NCBI GenBank assembly: GCA_002269645.1
Contig: NIVC01002461.1
Coordinates: 108,074-172,073 of the forward strand
Length of the DNA stretch: 64,000 bases
DNA from: Macrostomum lignano
Lineage: Eukaryota
Direction of reading: 5' to 3'
Part shown: positions 1 through 12,100 of the stretch, piece after piece
Layout: every line of letters begins with the position of its first letter
Numbering within the stretch: position 1 is the first letter of the stretch
The notes under the pieces: model-generated
Told to the model about the DNA's origin: nothing
Database searches by the model: none
The model's input: the letters and a program-made list of their open reading frames with translations, nothing else
Translations under genes and position numbers: made by a program

Positions 1-318
1 AGTGACCCACTTGAGGAATCAGTGGCTTAGAAGTGATCCACTTGAGGAATCAGTGGCTTAGGAGTGATCCAATTGAGGAATCAGTGGCTTAGGAGTGACT
101 CACTTGAGGAATCAGTGGCTTAGGAGTGACCCGCTTGAGGAATCAGTGGCTTAGAAGTGATCCACTTGAGGAATCAGTGGCTTAGGAGTGACTCACTTGA
201 GGAATCAGTGGCTTAGGAGTGACTCACTTGAGGAATCAGTGGCTTGGTAGTGACTCACTTGAGGAATCAGTGGCTTAGGAGTGACACACTTGAGGAATCA
301 GTGGCTTAGGAGTGACCC
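1..318. repeat. 31-bp tandem minisatellite (AGTGACCCACTTGAGGAATCAGTGGCTTAGG), ~10 copies, truncated by window start
   Basis: Direct head-to-tail 31-bp periodicity. Confidence 0.95.
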
Positions 319-834
319 ACTAGATACTGATGTGTTAGCTAATCGTAGGAGTGACCTGTATGCATACGTATAAACTGATTATCTAAGTAGCAAGACATAA
401 CTAAAAATAAGCGAGAACTAGCAAAAAATAAATTGTGTGCCTTTATTTCAAACAGTATCAGTTTTAGTAGTTTATACAGGTAAGCAATTAAAAAATAAGG
501 ACATGATAACTACGCAGCATATTATTTAATACGAAATTATAGTTAGCTACTATGCACAATAAGCAATAACCTGAAAATTTTACCGAGATTAAAACAGGCA
601 TAACAGATAAAATGTATATATGTACAAATATGCACACATGTCACGCTTTTAAACAATAAAGACATTTTATAGTGCACGCAGACAATAAAATGCACTGTAA
701 CAAAGGACAAATACAACAAAACTATGTTAACTGTCTTTGTCAAACCTGTTTTACGAATGGATAGCACTTTTAAGTAAATATCAAGTACATTTGAATGACG
801 GTAAAGGAATGAGGGCTGTATAACGGTAGATAAG

Positions 835-1400
835 AGTAGATAATTAGGGTAGCTTAAGGGTAGATGATTAGGGTAGCTTAAGGGTAGATGATTAGGGTAG
901 CTTCAGGGTACATGATTAGGGTAGCTTAAGGGTAGATGATTAGGGTAGCTTAGGGGTAGATGATTTGGGTAGCTTAAGGGTTCATGATTAGGGTAGCTTA
1001 AGGGTTGATGATTAGGGTAGCTTAAGGGTTCATGTTTAAGGTAGCTTAAGGGTTGATGATTAGGGTAGCTTAAGGGTTGATGATTAGGGTAGCTTAAGGG
1101 TTGATGATTAGAGTAGCTTAAGGGTAGATGATTTGGGTAGCTTAAAGGTAGATGATTTGGGTAGCTTAAGGGTTGATGATTAGGGTAGCTTAAGGGTTGA
1201 TGATTAGGGTAGCTTAAGGGTTGATGATTAGAGTAGCTTAAGGGTAGATGATTTGGGTAGCTTAAAGGTAGATGATTTGGGTAGCTTAAAGGTAGATGAT
1301 TTGGGTAGCTTAAGGGTAGATGATTTGGGTAGCTTAACGGTAGATTATTAGGGTAGATTAACGGTAGAGGGTAGCTTAACCTCAACGTTAGAGGATTAAG
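835..1400. repeat. 24-bp tandem minisatellite (GATGATTAGGGTAGCTTAAGGGTA), ~23 copies, most units containing TTAGGG
   Basis: 24-bp period; explains the 8-aa periodic ORF 903..1385. Confidence 0.95.
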
Positions 1401-1907
1401 GCAGCTTAAAAGACAGAACTATTGCATCTGATCGATAAGTTAGAAAGGTAGATCGATAGGTTAGCATGAAAATTTCTTAAAAACGGTAACTGCAAAGGTA
1501 GATAGGTAAATAGTGAATAAATTTTAGTACATGCAGGTTTATTCTTACTCATATTTTCGTTTTATAGCATAAGTATAAATGTTAAACTGACTGCTCTAAA
1601 CTTGTCGAGTAAAGTACTCACATCTCGTGCCAAATACATAACTTCGTATATACATATAGCGACGGAATAGCAACATACTTAAAACACAAGTATTAAAGTA
1701 TGCAGCACTTTTTTGAACGCAACAACCTACAAGAGCATCGAATAATGTAGCATGATATGAAAAATGAAAATAACATATGAAAATAGACGAATTACAATAG
1801 CTGCCAATGCAGTGCTGATTGCTAGGACCAGATTAAAGTTACTTGAAAATTGACATCATTTTACTTTATTTATTATTTGATTATTAGACAGACAGGGTTG
1901 ATGGGCC

Positions 1908-3030
1908 ATTCTAGAGTGAGGTTGGAGGGCGGTTCTAGAGTGGGGTTGGAGGGCGGTTCTAGAGTGGGGTTGGAGGGCGGTTCTAGAGTGGGGTTGGAGG
2001 GCGGTTCTAGAGTGGGGTTGGAGGGCGGTTCTAGAGTGGAGTTGGAGGGCGGTTCTAGAGTGGGGTTGGAGGGCGGTTCTAGAGTGGGGTTGGAGGGCGG
2101 TTCTAGAGTGGGGTTGGAGGGCGGTTCTAGAGTGGGGTTGGAGGGCGGTTCTAGAGTGGGGTTGGAGGGCGGTTCTAGAGTGGGGTTGGAGGGCGGTTCT
2201 AGAGTGGGGTTGGAGGGCGGTTCTAGAGTGGGGTTGGAGGGCGGTTCTAGAGTGGGGTTGGAGGGCGGTTCTAGAGTGGGGTGGGAGGGCGGTTCTAGAG
2301 TGGGGTTGGAGGGCGGTTCTAGAGTGGGGTTGGAGGGCGGTTCTAGAGTGGGGTTGGAGGGCGGTTCTAGAGTGGGGTTGGAGGGCGGTTCTAGAGTGGG
2401 GTTGGAGGGCGGTTCTAGAGTGGGGTTGGAGGGCGGTTCTAGAGTGGGGTTGGAGGGCGGTTCTAGAGTGGGGTTGGAGGGCGGTTCTAGAGTGGGGTTG
2501 GAGGGCGGTTCTAGAGTGGGGTGGGATGGCGGTTCTAGAGTGGGGTTGGAGGGCGGTTCTAGAGTGGGGTTGGAGGGCGGTTCTAGAGTGGGGTTGGAGG
2601 GCGGTTCTAGAGTGGGGTTGGAGGGCGGTTCTAGAGTGGGGTTGGAGGGCGGTTCTAGAGTGGGGTTGGAGGGCGGTTCTAGAGTGGGGTTGGAGGGCGG
2701 TTCTAGAGTGGGGTTGGAGGGCGGTTCTAGAGTGGGGTTGGAGGGCGGTTCTAGAGTGGGGTTGGAGGGCGGTTCTAGAGTGGGGTTGGAGGGCGGTTCT
2801 AGAGTGGGGTTGGAGGGCGGTTCTAGAGTGGGGTTGGAGGGCGGTTCTAGAGTGGGGTTGGAGGGCGGTTCTAGAGTGGGGTGGGATGGCGGTTCTAGAG
2901 TGGGGTTGGAGGGCGGTTCTAGAGTGGGGTTGGAGGGCGGTTCTAGAGTGGGGTTGGAGGGCGGTTCTAGAGTGGGGTGGGATGGCGGTTCTAGAGTGGG
3001 GTTAGAGGGGATTCTAGAGTGAAGTTGGAG
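1908..3030. repeat. 24-bp G-rich tandem minisatellite (TTCTAGAGTGGGGTTGGAGGGCGG), ~46 near-identical copies
   Basis: 24-bp period; explains ORFs 1850..3022, 1873..3087 and 2526..3005. Confidence 0.97.
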
Positions 3031-3143
3031 GGCGACTCTAAAACAATTTTGATAGTTTGACATTAGTTTGAGATTAGTAAACAACATGAGTACATCTCTG
3101 CTTAGCTTAAATGGACAAATGACTAGCGTTAATTACATAAGAA

Positions 3144-6100
3144 CTAAGAATCGGAGTCTGCACAGTCTTTAGCCTCATCATCAGCCGGGGATGCTGCATT
3201 CCCAGTGGCCTGATCTTCAGGACCGGCTTTGGCACTGGGTGTATCCGCAACCAGGCCAGTCCCAGCCGTGGGATAAGGATAAGGCTTGCCAGTCACCTTG
3301 CACAGATGTTCAATGGCTAATTGATAGGCCTTTTTAATGCTAGTTCGAAGGCGGCTTCTTTTGGCGTCAACTAGGCGTTCTTTGTCAATCTCGGTGCAAA
3401 CTCCCAGCAGCTCGAGTTTATCGGCCATTAACCATTGCCAGGTGCGTTTCTGATCGAAGAACAGTACAAGATAGTCTTCGCCGCGACAGGACTGCAGTAC
3501 AGAATCTGGCGGAGCGGGTATTGGCACCCCGTTCTGAGAGTAGCCACTCTTGGGCATGTCGGGATCAATCACTAGGCCTGGATAGGATGGATAACCGCGA
3601 CATTTGGCCCACACTAAGTCCAAGGGTTTTACTGGGCCTTCGCCGCTGCTGGTTGATCGAGACGGATTGCGCGTTCGACTGGGATTCCTAGAATTGTTTG
3701 TTTAAAGGAAACTTCGACTAAGTAGGGATTTAACTGGGTTTTGAACATCAATGAGAAAAAATTTAGCATCAGCTAGAGGAAATTCAAATTAAATAAAATA
3801 CTTTTCGTGCTACTTTTAGTAGGCCATTTTCATAGGGTGCAAAGCAATTAGCATGACATCCCGATGTAAACGGTACCTCTGCTAACAAGCGTCCCAGAGT
3901 CACTTGCGTCGCCCAAAGTCGTTGCCGGTGACAAGTAAAATATAAAATAAGCGGCTTCAGAGTCTATACGACTCTAAAAAGACGAGATGTCACGGTAAAA
4001 GTCCATTAGAGGAGTTTTATTGTCTGCGATTCAGGGACGACGCAAGTGAATATGACGCTCTACAGTGACTCTGGGGCAGTTGTGTTGCATCTGAGGCTTT
4101 TTAGAGTCGATGTACAATCGCTTTGAAGTAGAATAGTATTTCGCATCAATAACAACTCTATTCAATTGTCTACTTGAGTAAGTAGAAACTTAAGTGATAA
4201 CATGACTTCTGGACGACTTTTTCACGACTCTTACAATTCTGCAACTAACGTGACGCCCTCGTGACTCAAAAGTAGCCTCTCCGTCGTATAGAGTCGTTTG
4301 AGTTGTTAAGAAGTCACAACAGTCGCCCTAGAGTTGCTACAGTCATTAGTGAGTTGTTTGCAATGCCACTTTAGCAATTCTTGTCACGGTCCCGTGTCCA
4401 ACTGGACCTATAACCGGCTCTTCGCGCACATGATACGAGTATATATCGGCACTGACTACGCAGTTTCAGAGAGTGCTTTGAATAATCAATCTTTTTTTAT
4501 TAACTCTTGTCACTGTTGATCTATTTATTATCTGTGACTGCGACTGATTCAAGCAACAGCTGCAGCAGTGATGCTATAATATAGTGTTAATTGATGAAAT
4601 TCGCAGCTCCTTATTTCTATTAAATAATAAAATGCTTGTCGAAATTGCCACTAATGTGTTGGACAGTGTTCCCTAAACGGTTCTCCTATGATTGCTCCTA
4701 AAGCTTAAAGCTTAAAGTCTACAAATTTAGATATTTAGAAATACGTGAACAAAAGCGCAACATTTCAATCGATTGTGATTAACGCAAAAATAAAGCGAAA
4801 GCAAGTTTTCTCAAACATCTGTAACGCTACGTAGTCCATATACTAGTAAAACTGAATAAACTCACAAACTCATCAATTAGAATGCTAGCGAACTACAAAA
4901 TTGCTCCTCGATCAATTTGAATATCAACTAGAATGAAGATTACTATAATTATCTGCTTAAAAAGCAGTTGCGGTTATATTAATCCAAGTATTTGAGGACC
5001 CATACCGGATGTAAACTGCTATAAATTCTATTGCATTTTATAACAAGCAACATCTGTTGTCAGAAACAGCTGCATCCAGTATCTGCAGCTATTTTAACCA
5101 TCGAAAATCTATTGTATAGCGTTATTTTTACGTTTTCGAAAAAACAATAAGGCAAAATGCTCTGGAAGCAGCAGCCGCAGCAGCAGCAGCAGTCTGGAAT
5201 TGCCGAGATAATACAAGAAAGTCTACGCAAATCGTCTATACGCGGCCTGCCAAGAATACTAGGCGCCAAGTCTCGCCTCATGCGCGGCTTTTGGACAGCT
5301 ACAGTGCTAATATTGTTCGCCTGTCTGGCGCAGAACATACACAACTTAGTTGACTCTTACAGACGAGCCGACACAATAATTAATACAAAACAGTGGACGT
5401 CGCAGGATAGACAGTTTCCAACTGTGACCATTTGCAATTTAAACCCATTTTCGGCATCGAATCGATTGGTAAAACAGAGAGGCAGCCTGACTCCATCAGA
5501 GTATAGAGACAAAGTCATTCACATGACAAAAGAGGCCAATAGACGAGGACTTATTGACAAGGAAGAGATGGACTTATACCAGGACGAGCTGCTCAATCTT
5601 AAAGCGTACTACGACAACATCGATGTCTACTTGAAGAAGTACATGGGTAAGCAATTGATGTTATTTCAACCTACATGCAAAGTCAGTTTGCTATGGACGC
5701 TCTCAGTGAAGGCAACATTGTACAATCGCACTTCACACAGAAAGCTATCCGCTGATCCTGTCAAAGAGTTGCAAAATCTATTATCGCAAGGGCAACGTAC
5801 GCAAAAGTCGAAAATGTGACAGCATCGAGAGAAGCTACGTATTTGACTATATCAACTGCTACTCTGTAAATGTCTACAGCACCAAAGACGGACTAGTTGA
5901 GAAAGTTGTTATTAGCACTCTGACACACTCTGAGGACGAAGGCGTCAAGTGCAGTCGCTGCATAGTGGATAATCCGCAGTCTCTGAGACAAGGAGTTATA
6001 ATGCATCTGCATCCGCACAATCAATACCCGCTGTACATTAAAGAGGGTCTGTACATAGCGCCTGGCACGCAAAATATTATTCAGGTGAAGCAACGAAAGT

Positions 6101-9100
6101 ACAATCTTATCAAAGGTAAGTTTGCAAGTTATATTGCACCGATAATTTTAATGCTACTCTGTATTGCCACAAAACTGCTCTATCGCATCAGTATAAAAAA
6201 GTAAATTCGAAGAGACTCGTTGAATCGCTGCTAGTTTTGTGATTTCACAAGAAAAAAATCTTCACTCTTACAGACTGCAGCACGGACCACCCAACCTGGG
6301 TGCATTTCTACGTTAACGACGCTCAAAAAAGTAGTCACTATACTAGAGAACTATGCAGCACTATAGCTAAACACGCGGCGGTGAAACGAGCTTGTAATTG
6401 TTCAATCGAAGCGTTTCCACATTTATCAGCTCGTAAAAATCAATACGATTCCTGCTACCAGCAGAATCTTAGCGCTCCAGTTATCAATACTAAACTATTA
6501 GACTGCGTAGCGGATATAGAAGGTCGGCATCATCAAACAGGTGGATCAACAGCAGCTACGGAGGCCGACACAATTGCTGGGAAAAATTGTGCGCGGCCTT
6601 GTAACACCGAGGATTTCAGCGTTGCGCACACTTCAACACTAGGCGCAACAAAAGGCAGCGCGTTGGATATCTATCGGCACTATATTAGAGGTGTGGTTAA
6701 TATACCTAGCAAGTGAGTAGTCACAAACTAAGTGAAACTTGTTTTTTTAGTAATTAACCTTCCATAAGTGCAATGCAGAAATTTACAAATTTGTAGACAG
6801 ACTTTGTCTTTCATTCACACAGCAGTCTCTGGATCTCTGCCTTCATTCAGACTGTAGTCTCTGGATCTATGCCTTCATTCAGACTGTAGTCTTAAGATCT
6901 ATGCCTTCATTCAGACTGTAGTCTCAGGATCTCTGCCTTCATTCAGACTGTAGTCTCTGGACCTCTGCCTTCGTTCAGACTGTAGTCTTAAGATCTCTGC
7001 CTTCATTCAGACTGTAGTCTCAGGATCTCTGCCTTCATTCAGACTGTAGTATCTGGATCTCAGCCTTCATTCAGACTGTAGTCTCAGGATCTCTGCCTTC
7101 ATTCAGACTGTAGTCTTAAGATCTATGCCTTCATTCAGACTGTAGTCTCTGGATCTCTGCCTTCATTCAGACTACGAGTTAGTCTCAGGATCTCTGCCTT
7201 AATTCAGACTGTAGTCTTAAGATCTATGCCTTCATTCAGACTGTAGTCTCTGGATCTATGCCTTTATTCAGACTGTAGTCTCAGGATCTCTGCCTTCATT
7301 CAGACTGTAGTCTCAGGATCTCTGCCTTCATTCAGACTGTAGTCTCTGGATCTCAGCCTTCATTCAGACTGTAGTCTCTGGATCTGTGCCTTCATTCAGG
7401 CTGTAGTCTCAGGATCTCTGCCTTCATTCAGACTGTAGTCTCTGGATCTCTGCCTTCATTCAGACTGTAGTCTCTGGATCTATGCCTTTATTCAGACTGT
7501 AGTCTCTGGATCTGTGCCTTCATTCAGACTGTAGTCTCTGGACCTCTGCCTTCGTTCAGACTGTAGTCTTAAGATCTATGCCTTCATTCAGACTGTAGTC
7601 TCTGGATCTATGCCTTTATTCAGACTGTAGTCTCAGGATCTCTGCCTTCATTCAGACTGTAGTATCTGGATCTCAGCCTTCATTCAGACTGTAGACTTAA
7701 GATCTATGCCTTCATTCAGGCTGTAGTCTCAGGATCTCTGCCTTCATTCAGACTGTAGTCTCAGGATCTCTGCCTTCATTCAGACTGTAGTCTCTGGATC
7801 TCAGCCTTCATTCAGACTGTAGTCTCAAGATCTATGCCTTCATTCAGACTGTAGTCTTAAGAATTAAGATCTATGCCTTCATTCAGACTGTAGTCTCTGG
7901 ATCTATGCCTTCATTCAGACTGTAGTCTCTGGATCTCTTGCCTTCATTCAGACTGTAGTCTCTGGATCTCTTGCCTTCATTCAGACTGTAGTCTCTGGAT
8001 CTCTTGCCTTCATTCAGACTGTAGTCTCTGGATCTCTGCCTTCATTCAGACTGTAGTCTCTGGATCTCTGCCTTCATTCAGACTGTAGTATCTGGATCTC
8101 TGCCTTCATTCAGACTGTAGTCTCTGGATCTCTGCCTTCATTCAGACTGTAGTCTCTAGAACTCTGCCTTCACTTAGTATAAAAAATCAGTAGATTAGGG
8201 ACTAGGTTAACTGTTAACACGATTTCCTGAAAGATTTCCTGAAGACAGATTTTTTAAATGCCACTACATTTAGCGTCTTCATGACACGCATCTCTATACC
8301 AGATTCCGAAGCATCTACGACGCAGCGCTGCTCGCCCGCGAGGCAAACAACGACACATTAGCCATGCAGCTCGTATCGAAGACGGATTATCTCGAGCGCA
8401 ATTTTGCCACAATGGTACTGATGTACATACCAAATCATGCCAAAGTGTACACAGAAAGCTATTTATTAGATTCGGCTTCGTTTGTTAGTCAAGTTGGCGG
8501 AGCGATGGCGCTATTCAGCGGCATAACACTAATTTGCATTGCCGAAGTGTTCGAAGTTATTTACGATTTAATAGCTTACGCCTATTGGCGACATAAACTT
8601 GGTAGGCAAGGTGGAGTTCAAACTTCAATTACTACTAACGCGAGTAGTGCAACAACAGCAAGATCAGCAACTGGTAATAATGTTAGAATCATTCACGCCA
8701 ATTTTAACTGTCACAATTCTACTAGCAATAATAACAGATTGTTGCGAGTGCCAGTTCAATTCAACAGATTGGACGAATTATAGTTGTTGTTTTTACTCTT
8801 CGCCGCGAAACGTCTCAAGCACCTGAGTCTGCATCGAATCTTGATGAATTAAAGCACACTTCACCTCTCTACACTATTATTGATTAGTTCCACATTGTTT
8901 AACCGTTTTAATAAAACTTCTTTAAAACATTACTTTATGTACTAACTTTTTGAATTTGTTAAACTGATGCATTCGAATTTGATACTCGTATTGTTTAAGA
9001 CACTGTAGCTGTTTTCATCAAAAAAAAATAAAATTCGTGTCCTATTGAACGTTACTATTTGCAGTTGTATACCGCGTTTCCTTGAAACTACGTTTTTTTA

Positions 9101-12100
9101 CTCACGATATATTATTATAATACTATAAATGCCTTACATGCCTAACTACGAGCTATTTAACACGAAACGAATGCAAATACTTGATTCTGATTTCATGCTA
9201 GTACATCATAGCTAATCTAAGTTTTCACACTTTTTCTGATAGTGCTTACCATAATCCATAACAACGGTGCACGAGTGTAGTGTAGTGGGAAAGAAGAGGG
9301 GGGGAGGGGAGGAAGAGGGGAAGAGGAGAGGAAAGCGGAGAGGGAAGGTGGAGAGGGGACGAAGATGGGGAGAGGGAAGAAGATGGAGAGGGGAGGAAGA
9401 AGGCGGAGACGGGGGGGGGGAAGGCGGAGAGGAAAGAATGGTGGAGACAGAAGGCCAAACACTCACCCGATAAACTCGGTGAAAACGGTGTCACCAACTC
9501 CGCCGGCAGAGTCGGCGCCTTCAGCATCGCTGTGACTTTCCTCCTCTTCGAATAGTCGGTTATTAGTCGCGTCAGCGGATGAAATGGGCGAGGTTGCGGC
9601 GGCAGCGGCGGCGGCGGCAGAGCAACTGCTGCCAAGTCGGCCAGTACGCCTCGGCTGATGACGTTGCGCCGTAGTCGGAGTTGACGTTGTTGACGCAGAA
9701 TCCTGAGATATCGATCGGCGAGTCAACGGCCTTGTCGGAGACGCAGTCGGCGAGGATGTCGAATTATTGGTCGGCGCCAATTGCCACCGATGCAGGCCAG
9801 TCTCCGAATCGTAATCGGCCGCTGATTCGGCTGCCAGAGCGTCGCTAAACAGAGACTGCGATCTGGATTGCAGCCGATTAGCGGCCCGACAATAGATACT
9901 GTCTTTGCGATTGAATGCGTGGCAGTTAGCCAGCATCAAATCAAAGTCTGAGTGATATTCGGCCACGCTGGCGTACTGATTGCACTCGATTTTTGATAGC
10001 ATAGTTGAAAAATCCATTGGCCGTTTGATGGCCTCGCGATAGGCCGGCAAATCGACTGGTTCGGCAAATATGCGCTGAGTGTCCAGCTCGGTTAGGGCCG
10101 AGTGAAGCTGCGGCCGGCGGATGAGGGAGGGTTGGGAGACGGTTGGTTATTGACATTGGGGCTGCTGCTCTGATGCGATTATAGAATGGGTATAGGGAGA
10201 TTATCACTAGATCAGGTTGCCGTTTTTTACAGGTGGGGATTATCAAACCGAGATTATCTACAGGGTGAGACAGACTATCTACAGGGTGAGACTATCTATT
10301 GCAAGGCGAGGTTATCTACAGGGTGAGATAATCTACAGGGTGAGATTATCTACAGGGAGAGATGATCAACATGGTGAAAATATCTACAGGTCGTGATTAT
10401 CTACCGATTGAGATTCTCTACAGGGTGAGACTATCTATTCCAATACAGAATAAGATTATCTAAAGGGTGAGATTATTTACAGGCTGAGATTATCAAACAG
10501 AGGGGTTAACTACAGGTTGAGATCATTAAGTTAAAATTCTCTACAGAACGAGAATTGAGATTTTCAACAAGTGAGATAATTAAATTTTAATTGACTATCA
10601 ACTAGATTCCTCACTTAGTGAACATACGAGCATAATTTAATACTTACCTGTTTAAGCAGCGCCACTCTAGGTGTCAGGCTGACCTCGGCAATGGCGGCCC
10701 TGGCTCGCACCAGCTCGCGCTTGATTCGCTCCCGTTTCCGCACCAGCTCAGCAAGCAGTCTGGCCTTCTCCAAATCCTGCCTCAATCGTTGCCAGAATTT
10801 CAATTGCTTGCACAATTGCTGCAACTCGCGATCGTTGGCAACAAAATCTCGGGCCCGACAGGCTTGCAGCCTCTTCAATAGAGGTACTCCAGACCTCGCC
10901 TGCCGCTTCAGCCGCCAGTAGTTGTACAGTCGGCGAAGGAAATCCTCTCGGTCGGGCATTTCCGGCAGCAGCTCGCCAATGGCCGCTAGCCGGTCCTTGG
11001 AGATCACCGGTACAGAGACGCCGGGTACGGCGTTGCGACGTTCCGCTAAGATTTTTCTGGCGCGTCGCATCTTCTGGCGTTTCACTTTTTCTGGGCTGGG
11101 CTGCTCTTGCTGCTGCTGGCGCTGGGTCATTGGAGGTAGGGTTGGGTGTGTCAGCGATCTTTCAGTGCCATACCCTCCGGACTCATCAGTGCCATACTTT
11201 CCGGATCTGTCATTGTCATACCCTCGAGATTCTTAGTGTCATATACCCTCCAGATTCTTAGTGCCATAGCATCCAGATTCTTAGTTCCATAGCCTCCAGA
11301 TTTTTAGTGTGATACCCTCCAGATTCTTAGTGTGATACCCTCCAGATTCTTAGTGCCATACCCTCCAGATTCTTAGTGCCATAGCATCCAGATTCTTAGT
11401 TCCACAGCCTCCAGATTCTTAGTGCCATACCCTCCAGATTTTTAGTGCCATACCCTCCAGATTCTTAGTGCCATAGCCTCCAGATTCTTAGTGTCATACC
11501 CTCCAGATTCTTAGTGCCATACCCTCCAGATTCTTAGTGCCATACCCTCCAGATTCTTAGTGCCATAACATCCAGATTTTAAGTGCCATACCCTCCAGAT
11601 TCTTAGTGCCATACCCTCCAGATTCTTAGTGCCATACCCTCCAGATTTTAAGTGCCATACCCTCCAGATTCTTAGTGCCATACCCTCCAGATTTTAAGTG
11701 CCATACCCTCCAGATTCTTAGTGCCATACCCTCCAGATTCTTAGTGCCATAACATCCAGATTTTAAGTGCCATACCCTCCAGATTCTTAGTGCCATACCC
11801 TCCAGATTCTTAGTGCCATACCCTCCAGATTTTAAGTGCCATACCCTCCAGATTCTTAGTGCCATAGCATCCAGATTCTTAGTGCCATACCCTCCAGATT
11901 TTAAGTGCCATACCCTCCAGATTCTTAGTGCCATACCCTCCAGATTCTTAGTGCCATACCCTCCAGATTCTTAGTGCCATAACATCCAGATTCTTAGTTC
12001 CATAGCCTCCAGATTCTTAGTGTCATACCCTCCAGATTCTTAGTGCCATAGCATCCAGATTCTTAGTGCCATACCCTCCAGATTTTAAGTGCCATAGCCT

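Noticed and set aside
1850-3087. 390/404-aa repetitive ORFs on both strands
   Set aside because: They are translations of a 24-bp minisatellite open on both strands; no unique coding content.
3830-4335. GAGTC/GACTC-rich block with internal inverted repeats in BRPF intron 7
   Set aside because: Probably a MITE remnant, but the termini match poorly and there is no TSD.
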